Source of the DNA: an uncultured virus (IMG/VR IMGVR_UViG_3300008117_000004)
Lineage: Duplodnaviria > Heunggongvirae > Uroviricota > Caudoviricetes
Strand: one strand, 5' to 3'
Virus record (IMG/VR): IMGVR_UViG_3300008117_000004
Coordinates: 1 to 64,000 of that record
DNA: 64,000 nt
This document shows, piece after piece, positions 57,528-64,000 of this stretch (positions are counted from its first letter, which is position 1; every line of letters starts with the position of its first letter). The translations under genes and the position numbers were made by a program. The notes under the pieces are model-generated. The model was not told where the DNA came from. It ran no database searches and was given only the letters and a program-made list of their open reading frames with translations.

Positions 57528-59897
57528 TTAAAATATAGGTAAATATAAATTTGTATCATAAATAAACCCACTAGGTGAGAATATATCATTCACAGCTTCA
57601 AAATTGTCCTTATTACTTCTAGTATTATGTATACCAACATTAAATGAAGGTGTTCCGTAAATAAAATATCCGGATGATGTACCAACACTATAAGCAAGTG
57701 AATTGTAAGATCCAAATTGTGAATTTGTTCCTTGTATATAAATAAGACTTGAATTAGTTAATCCATTATAAATTGTAGTGTTATATAAATAAGTACTTGA
57801 TTGACTACCACTATTTATATGAATAGAGTAAGTACTCGTACCTAATCCCATTGATTTAATCAATGAATTATTTACTTTTAGTTTTATTAAGTCTCCTAAA
57901 TGTTTAATAGCCTCTCTATTACTATTAATATCACCATTAACGGTAACATCACCGGTTTGACCATTGGTTAAATAAAGCCCAATTTCATCATTACCATTTA
58001 AATTACCATTTATTGTAACATAACCCGACCCTATTTTAGCAGCTGAATTATTACCACCTATATAAGTTGATGAATTTAATAAATTAGAATTTACAATAAC
58101 ATATCCAGATGTTGACTCATGTACATTAAGTGCATGTCCATAGTCAGCAACCGCACCAGATGCGTTTAAAGAAGAATCACATACTATATTTGGTGATGTA
58201 ACTGAGAAAGTACCAGTAAATCCAGATTTTATATAAACAACATCATAAGCTCCTATTATACCATCTCTAATATCAAAATGAAATTTACCACCACCTTCAA
58301 CTGAAATAACACTACCATAGTCAGTTTGTGACTTAATATATCTACCTTTTACATTAATATTTCCAGTTGATGAATTAATTTTAAAACCAACTTGTAAATT
58401 GTTAATTGAGTCAAATTCAAAATTAATATTTGAGTTATTCTGAACATCCAAAGCAACTAAAGTAGCATCAGTGCCGTTGAATTGTGAATATCCATAGATA
58501 TTACAATTCACATCACCACCACCATCGTTAAAACCATTTTGAGAGAATACAACTCCTGGTTCACAATAATAATCAGTATTATCCAATAGTTCACAAGCCT
58601 CTGTGTAAAGTCCCTTCTTAATATAAATTAAACCACCTGATGGATAAGTATCTGTTATAGCTTGGGATGCTGATGCGAATGTTAAATAAGGTAAATCAAT
58701 TCTATTTAATTTAGCAGTTGAGTTAACACCATATTGTGAGTCAACATAAGCGGTTTTAAAGTTTTCGTAAGAACCGTTACTCAAACTATCAACATATCCT
58801 TTAGTAACCAAGGAGTGTGTAACAAATGTTCCTGTATAATCATCGGTATATTGAAGTCCTAATCCATTAGTTATAGTAACTAAACCATTTGTAGCTCCAA
58901 TATATAAAACATCTTCAGATAACTGTATATATGATTGTGTTACCGATATATTATTTGTTAAATATAAATTATTAGAAATACCATCATAATCTAAATATAT
59001 TGCTGAATCTCCATTTTCACTTTTTATAGACTGTGATGTACCCATAAAAATTGAGTAAGTACCAGAGTAAGCACTAGCAGCTAAAACTTGATACAAACCA
59101 GGCGTTGATCCTGATGAGTCAGACCAGTATAAATTTCCAACTCCATCAGTTCTCATAACTTGATCAATGGTACCATCTGTATTAGGTAAGGTATAAGCAT
59201 TGTTTATATTAACATTATTACCTAAATAAACAAAATTAGACTGTGTTGCTAATATGTTCTCTCCACCAATAATAACCGTATTATAAACTCCATTACTTGT
59301 AGTAGATCCATTTGTATTCAAGTGTAGATATGATTTAACCAAACCATCACTACCATCCGAAATATTACCTATTTTGATAGGTTCAACGAAACCAGGACCT
59401 AATCCTAATTGATTAACCAATAAAGAAATGGTATTTTTATTATTTCTTATTGTAGTTGAGTAGGTTAAACTTCCAACATTTATAGATGATGTACTCGAAA
59501 ATAGATCTAATTTGGTAAATTGATTTGTAGTGCTTTTATTTATAGATATAAAATCTGGTGTTAAATTAACAGAAGATGTAGATGTTGATAAATCACCATT
59601 CATTATGTATGTACTATAAGTATTACCATAACTTAAATAAAGTCTACCATTTCCGACTGATGTTTTAATATAACTTGTCGTACCTAAATTAATTGAATAT
59701 GTACCTGAGTCATTACCAATAGACAAAGTCTGTTTTAGTGATTGTGAACCACCTCCTCCACCAATTGGTGTTATGACACCACTAGAGTCTTTTTGTTTTA
59801 TTACGTTATCTAGATCATATGCGACAGCAAAACCACTCGAAGGAGTTCCTAAAATGTTTTGCATATCTACCGTGGTATTGAAAATTATTTGACTCAT
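57528..59897 (-). CDS. Putative virion/tail protein with C-terminal beta-helix-like region
   Basis: SLKQTLSIGN, YTLPNTDGT..TDGVGNLYW, AYVD..PYLTF..IYIKKGLYTE (pectin-lyase-like start). Confidence 0.7.
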   Translation of the reverse strand: MSQIIFNTTVDMQNILGTPSSGFAVAYDLDNVIKQKDSSGVITPIGGGGGSQSLKQTLSIGNDSGTYSINLGTTSYIKTSVGNGRLYLSYGNTYSTYIMNGDLSTSTSSVNLTPDFISINKSTTNQFTKLDLFSSTSSINVGSLTYSTTIRNNKNTISLLVNQLGLGPGFVEPIKIGNISDGSDGLVKSYLHLNTNGSTTSNGVYNTVIIGGENILATQSNFVYLGNNVNINNAYTLPNTDGTIDQVMRTDGVGNLYWSDSSGSTPGLYQVLAASAYSGTYSIFMGTSQSIKSENGDSAIYLDYDGISNNLYLTNNISVTQSYIQLSEDVLYIGATNGLVTITNGLGLQYTDDYTGTFVTHSLVTKGYVDSLSNGSYENFKTAYVDSQYGVNSTAKLNRIDLPYLTFASASQAITDTYPSGGLIYIKKGLYTEACELLDNTDYYCEPGVVFSQNGFNDGGGDVNCNIYGYSQFNGTDATLVALDVQNNSNINFEFDSINNLQVGFKINSSTGNINVKGRYIKSQTDYGSVISVEGGGKFHFDIRDGIIGAYDVVYIKSGFTGTFSVTSPNIVCDSSLNASGAVADYGHALNVHESTSGYVIVNSNLLNSSTYIGGNNSAAKIGSGYVTINGNLNGNDEIGLYLTNGQTGDVTVNGDINSNREAIKHLGDLIKLKVNNSLIKSMGLGTSTYSIHINSGSQSSTYLYNTTIYNGLTNSSLIYIQGTNSQFGSYNSLAYSVGTSSGYFIYGTPSFNVGIHNTRSNKDNFEAVNDIFSPSGFIYDTNLYLPIF

Positions 59898-59967
59898 TTA
59901 GACAATTTATTTTATTTACTATATATATTATTTTTAAATTATCCTTTTTTAAAACAAACCTACTTAT

Positions 59968-60762
59968 TTGAATAAAATTCAAATGAAATCAACATTTAGA
60001 ATAGAAGCAATATCAAATAAAAGAGATAATTTAGAAAAAAGGTATTTATTATTTCCGAATGATAATGCAGTAACATCAACTCTTCTTAATAATACCTTAT
60101 ACGAACCTTGGATATATCAATTTTTGGTTGATAACAACTTAGATATATCTGGATCAAATGTAGTTGATATTGGTGCAAATAATGGACAAATAACTGTGGA
60201 ATTTGCAAATTTAGTTGGTGATAATGGAAAAGTCTTTTCATTTGAACCACAAAGAATTATTTACTATCAATTATGCGGAAATGTTTTTTTCAATGGATTA
60301 GATAATGTACATTGTTTTAATGTAGCATTAGGTGATAATGAGGGTTTTATAAGTATAGAAAAACCCAATTACTTTGATAAAGGTCCTGTTAATTTCGGAA
60401 ATATTCATGTTGGTGTTGAAGAAAATTATGAATTAGTTCAACTACATAAATTAGATTCTTATAATATAGAAAATATATCTATAATTAAGATAGATGTACA
60501 AGGTTATGAAAAAAGAGTTTTATTGGGTGCTAAAGAAACTATAATGAAAAATCGTCCTATAATTTATATAGAAATCGAAGAAGATCAATTACAAAATTAC
60601 GGTGAGGATGAAAATAGTGTAGTTAATTTATTAAATGATTATGGTTATTTTACTAAAAGATTTAATGAAGGCATATCTTTTCAAACCGTATCTGGTCTGT
60701 GTTTAGATTTTGTTGCCATACCAAATGAATTATATAATAGTAGAGAATGGATAATAAAATAA
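59968..60762 (+). CDS. FkbM-family methyltransferase (ATG start probably 59983)
   Basis: VVDIGANNG, VFSFEPQ, IIKIDVQGYE..VLLGA. Confidence 0.88.
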   Translation: MNKIQMKSTFRIEAISNKRDNLEKRYLLFPNDNAVTSTLLNNTLYEPWIYQFLVDNNLDISGSNVVDIGANNGQITVEFANLVGDNGKVFSFEPQRIIYYQLCGNVFFNGLDNVHCFNVALGDNEGFISIEKPNYFDKGPVNFGNIHVGVEENYELVQLHKLDSYNIENISIIKIDVQGYEKRVLLGAKETIMKNRPIIYIEIEEDQLQNYGEDENSVVNLLNDYGYFTKRFNEGISFQTVSGLCLDFVAIPNELYNSREWIIK

Positions 60763-61100
60763 CATTAAGTGATAAAAACTATTTGGTATTAAAAATACTA
60801 AATGAAAATGAGTTATCTGAATATGAATTCAATAATGATTTAGAATATCTTATGAAAAAATGGTTTGGATTTATTAACGGATTTTATGACTTGTGTTCGT
60901 TATCACATCTACAAGAGTCTTTTAAAAAGGGAATTTACCACTTTGATTTATCAAAATCAGATTATAAAGAAACTACAATAATTTTAAACTTTAAAAAGTT
61001 TTTAAATGAAGAAGTCCCAAATCACTATTTTCCATTCAGAACATCTCCTATACTAATTCAGTTATTAAGAGAATTAAAATTAAGTCAGATATTAAATTAG
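60747..61100 (+). CDS. Hypothetical protein with C-terminal RE tag
   Basis: Ends LLRELKLSQILN. Confidence 0.65.
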   Translation: MDNKITLSDKNYLVLKILNENELSEYEFNNDLEYLMKKWFGFINGFYDLCSLSHLQESFKKGIYHFDLSKSDYKETTIILNFKKFLNEEVPNHYFPFRTSPILIQLLRELKLSQILN

Positions 61101-61468
61101 TAATTTTTAGGAATATTCATATCACTAGTAACTTCAATCTTGAATGAAAATCCAGAATCACTATCAGTACCATATGAAGTTTGTGAATAATAACCATTTC
61201 TACCATCAAATGAAACTGGTTTAGGACCTCTCATTTGTTGTTCCATTCTCATTCGTTCTTGATTTCTTCTATTTTCTTCTTGAGCAATCATTTCCTCAAA
61301 TGTCATCCCAGGTTGTTCAATTTGTTCAGGTTGTTGAAAAGTATTGGAATTTTCCGGTTTATATCCATACTTTCTTAATAATTGTTCAGCTTCCCAATTA
61401 TCAATGTTAGGATTTTGATTAGTTTCAATCTCTTGATTTTGAACTATTCTTACTTCTGGACGGTTCAT
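61097..61468 (-). CDS. Hypothetical Gln/Glu-rich protein
   Basis: 123-aa ORF. Confidence 0.65.
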   Translation of the reverse strand: MNRPEVRIVQNQEIETNQNPNIDNWEAEQLLRKYGYKPENSNTFQQPEQIEQPGMTFEEMIAQEENRRNQERMRMEQQMRGPKPVSFDGRNGYYSQTSYGTDSDSGFSFKIEVTSDMNIPKNY

Positions 61469-61470
61469 GT

Positions 61471-61959
61471 TTAAATTTTATTTTTTATTAGTGTTATTCT
61501 ATTATTTCCAAAATTCTCAACACTAAAGTTTGGAACTGGATTGTTTCTTAAATGTCTTAAATAAGCTTTCGTTCTTTGTGTAACATATTCTCTTTCTTGT
61601 TCTTTTGCTAGTCCCTCAAATCTAATTCTTGTGACCCAAGGTTTTCTTTTAATAAAGTCATTTAGTATTGTTCCAAATACCGTAACTAAAACTTTATAAA
61701 GATTTGTGTTTACTAACTTATTAACATTCCAATTGTTGATTTCCTCATCCCAAACATAATATGTTAATTCATAACATTTACCTAAAACTGGATTAGACTT
61801 TGGACCAACAGTATCATTCTTGAATTGTACTAAATATCTATTATCATTTAAATCAGTAAATTCATAATTAACTAAAAAATCATCACTATCCATTCTTTTA
61901 TCAATAGAATAGCCTTCAATACTTTCATTCATCATAATAAAATTCATTAAATATTTCAT
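61471..61959 (-). CDS. Putative capsid-internal protein (N-terminal MKYL..F..MNES motif)
   Basis: TTAATATATA 5 nt upstream; MKYLMNFIMMNESI. Confidence 0.6.
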   Translation of the reverse strand: MKYLMNFIMMNESIEGYSIDKRMDSDDFLVNYEFTDLNDNRYLVQFKNDTVGPKSNPVLGKCYELTYYVWDEEINNWNVNKLVNTNLYKVLVTVFGTILNDFIKRKPWVTRIRFEGLAKEQEREYVTQRTKAYLRHLRNNPVPNFSVENFGNNRITLIKNKI

Positions 61960-62008
61960 AGTAATATATATTAAAAAATAGAAGACATATTTTTTGATAT
62001 ATATTCAC

Positions 62009-62728
62009 ATGGAGTATAATATAGTAGCAATAGACCCCTCACTTATATCAACAGCACTAGTGGTAAGTTCTGGAAATACATTCAAAATTTACAACTATTG
62101 TAGAGAAAGTAAAGTGATGGGTAAGAAAGGAATGACTAAATGGTTTAAGTTAGCTGAACAATATGTTAGTTATAAGTATGTTGAATATAGAGATTTTAAA
62201 GACTATTCAGAAGGTGAATTGGTAAAATTAAAAGACTATGATAAAATAACTGATCAAATCATTGAAGATATTTTAGAAAATATAGACATCAAAAAACCAA
62301 CTAAAGTTGGTATCGAAGGTTATAACTTTGGTGCTCAAGTTGGTGACTTAATAGACCTTGTTACATTCTCAACACTTTTAAGAAAAAAATTGTTTGATAG
62401 GATAACAAAAGATATTTTAGTTCTTTCACCATCGTCTTTAAAGTTGGAATCTTGTAAATTAACTTACAAACCAATCATAACAGAGGTTGGTAAGAAAAAG
62501 AAAACGATAAAAGAAGAATGGAGAAATAATATAGGTATAGCGGGTGGAAAATTCACAAAATCTGATGTTTTTTTATCAATAATAGAAAATAGTAATTGGA
62601 ACGATTTTTGGTCTAAACATTGTAAGTTAGTTAAAGATGATATTATAGGTTTATCGACTATTCCGAAACCATACGAGGATATTTGTGATAGTTTTATCAT
62701 ATTCAAATATCTAAGTGGTCTCTCTTGA
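62009..62728 (+). CDS. RuvC-like (RNase H fold) nuclease / Holliday junction resolvase
   Basis: IVAIDPSL, VGIEGY, EDICDS catalytic acidic residues. Confidence 0.75.
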   Translation: MEYNIVAIDPSLISTALVVSSGNTFKIYNYCRESKVMGKKGMTKWFKLAEQYVSYKYVEYRDFKDYSEGELVKLKDYDKITDQIIEDILENIDIKKPTKVGIEGYNFGAQVGDLIDLVTFSTLLRKKLFDRITKDILVLSPSSLKLESCKLTYKPIITEVGKKKKTIKEEWRNNIGIAGGKFTKSDVFLSIIENSNWNDFWSKHCKLVKDDIIGLSTIPKPYEDICDSFIIFKYLSGLS

Positions 62729-63482
62729 TATATCTATTAGTGTAGCTACATAGGGGTTGTAGGTTTGTATAGTGATTTAGTTTAATTATATCCTCCTCTG
62801 TTTCTGCTGTGGATAATGGTATTATATGATCTATATCCCAACCATAATTCAATTCACCATTATACAATCCTCTATTCTCCCATGTCATCCAATCTTCAAA
62901 TTTTGCCTCTAAATGTAATTTTAATTCTTCAAAAGAGCATCCTAATATATTATAGGTTCTTGATGATTTTTTATAACCATTTTTTTTAAAGCATTCATAT
63001 ATGTAATTTCTTATACTTTTTTCCAATGAAAATAAAATATCAGTTTTTAATCTTTCTCTTCTTTTGTAATTTTTTATATTTTTATAATTAGATTGATAAT
63101 CTTTTATTTTATCTTTGTTATTCTCTCTATATTTTTTGGATTTTAGTAAAAACTCTTCTCTGTTGTTTTGATAGTATTCTTGTTTTTTTAACTTTTGTTC
63201 ATCTTCGTTTTCATCTCTCCATTTTTTATTATACTCGGATATTTTTAATTTATCCTCTTGTGTGAGATTATTTCTTCGTATTTGATCTTTTTCTAAAATT
63301 GAATCAATATTTTTATTTCTCCAATCCTTTTTATATTGTTTTATAACATCTTTATTTATCTCATGATATAATTTTGATTGATCATTATGACATTTTTTAC
63401 AAATACTTCTATAACCATTTTTCTTCTTATAAAAATCAGTTATATCTTTCATTTCTTTACATTTACTACATTCTTTTTCCAT
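62703..63482 (-). CDS. HNH homing endonuclease-like protein with N-terminal Zn finger
   Basis: CSKC..CKKC; LGCSFEELK.HLE..WDIDHIIPL..NHYTNLQPLC..N. Confidence 0.85.
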   Translation of the reverse strand: MEKECSKCKEMKDITDFYKKKNGYRSICKKCHNDQSKLYHEINKDVIKQYKKDWRNKNIDSILEKDQIRRNNLTQEDKLKISEYNKKWRDENEDEQKLKKQEYYQNNREEFLLKSKKYRENNKDKIKDYQSNYKNIKNYKRRERLKTDILFSLEKSIRNYIYECFKKNGYKKSSRTYNILGCSFEELKLHLEAKFEDWMTWENRGLYNGELNYGWDIDHIIPLSTAETEEDIIKLNHYTNLQPLCSYTNRYIKRDHLDI

Positions 63483-63544
63483 AAACTATATATTAGTTTA
63501 CTAAAATGGAAATGTTTTCAAATACTCTAATTGAGTGACTTTTT

Positions 63545-64000
63545 TTATAACATATCGTCTAATCCAACCAACATCTCACAAGTAAGACCTTTTCTATTTC
63601 TTAGGTTAACATTAGTTTTTATTACTCTACCATTATAACTTAATTGTACTGGAACAAAAGCTCTAATAGAAACACCTGATGAAGATTTAACTATCTTAAC
63701 ATAAGATATATCACCTGGGAATTCTTTTTTAAGTTTATTAGTATAGAAAAACTCTATTTTACTTTTCTCAAGTTTACCAACAGTAAGTGGTATACTATCA
63801 ATTTTTTCTAATTCTTTACATTTTTCTAATAACTCTTTTGATATACCCAATTTCTCAGCAACACCAAAATCAATACTTGATGACTTAGCACCGGTATCAA
63901 ATTTTGCGGTTACTTCAACACTTCTACCATTATGAGTTAAGGTAACTTTGTGACTATTATAGTAAATCTTATCTTTACTTGTATATTCAAGATTTACATC
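63545..64000 (-). CDS. Partial retropepsin-like protease (RimK-associated 'ATP-dependent zinc protease' family)
   Basis: Frame open to window end: VTAKFDTGAKSSSID..; C-terminal NLRNR...MLVG. Confidence 0.75.
   Translation of the reverse strand, partial: DVNLEYTSKDKIYYNSHKVTLTHNGRSVEVTAKFDTGAKSSSIDFGVAEKLGISKELLEKCKELEKIDSIPLTVGKLEKSKIEFFYTNKLKKEFPGDISYVKIVKSSSGVSIRAFVPVQLSYNGRVIKTNVNLRNRKGLTCEMLVGLDDML

Noticed and set aside
1..64000. Stop-codon reassignment as in some large Bacteroidetes phages
   Set aside because: Genes are full length and densely packed in the standard code; conserved enzymes are not interrupted.
1..64000. Bacterial chromosome or eukaryotic giant virus origin
   Set aside because: Host-like genes are isolated among fibre genes and homing endonucleases with no cellular operons; sigma factor, SmpB and S1 argue for a bacteriophage. 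Capsid/terminase genes are not in the window, so this remains an inference.

Overview
A 64-kb, very AT-rich segment of a large (jumbo-type) dsDNA bacteriophage genome read in the standard genetic code. The host is most likely a Bacteroidetes/Flavobacteria-type bacterium (TAnnTTTG promoters, no Shine-Dalgarno sites, Q-rule signal peptide, DUF2452). It contains: (i) an array of paralogous putative receptor-binding proteins sharing an MTQxxVGWR N-terminus, with small partner genes; (ii) large structural genes; (iii) replication/expression genes (NAD-dependent ligase, primase, RuvC-like nuclease, ECF sigma, Dam-like methylase, ribosomal S1-like protein, SmpB, YqeY, nucleotidyltransferase); (iv) auxiliary genes (cytochrome c, CoaE, thioredoxin, M16 peptidase); (v) seven free-standing homing-endonuclease-like genes; (vi) Gly-Thr-Ser collagen-like fibre genes next to three glycosyltransferases and two FkbM methyltransferase domains. 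The most unusual signal is a short peptide tag, R[DE]x[KRNI][LI]xx[LI], found in nine unrelated proteins, several of which look like degenerate copies of SSB, helicase and ACP. Also notable are a T4-like capsid-targeting N-terminal motif and a recurring (T)AATATATA promoter motif that often sits only 4-5 nt before the ATG, implying leaderless mRNAs. No tRNA, rRNA, tmRNA or CRISPR array was recognised. All family calls are from motif recognition by eye, not database searches.
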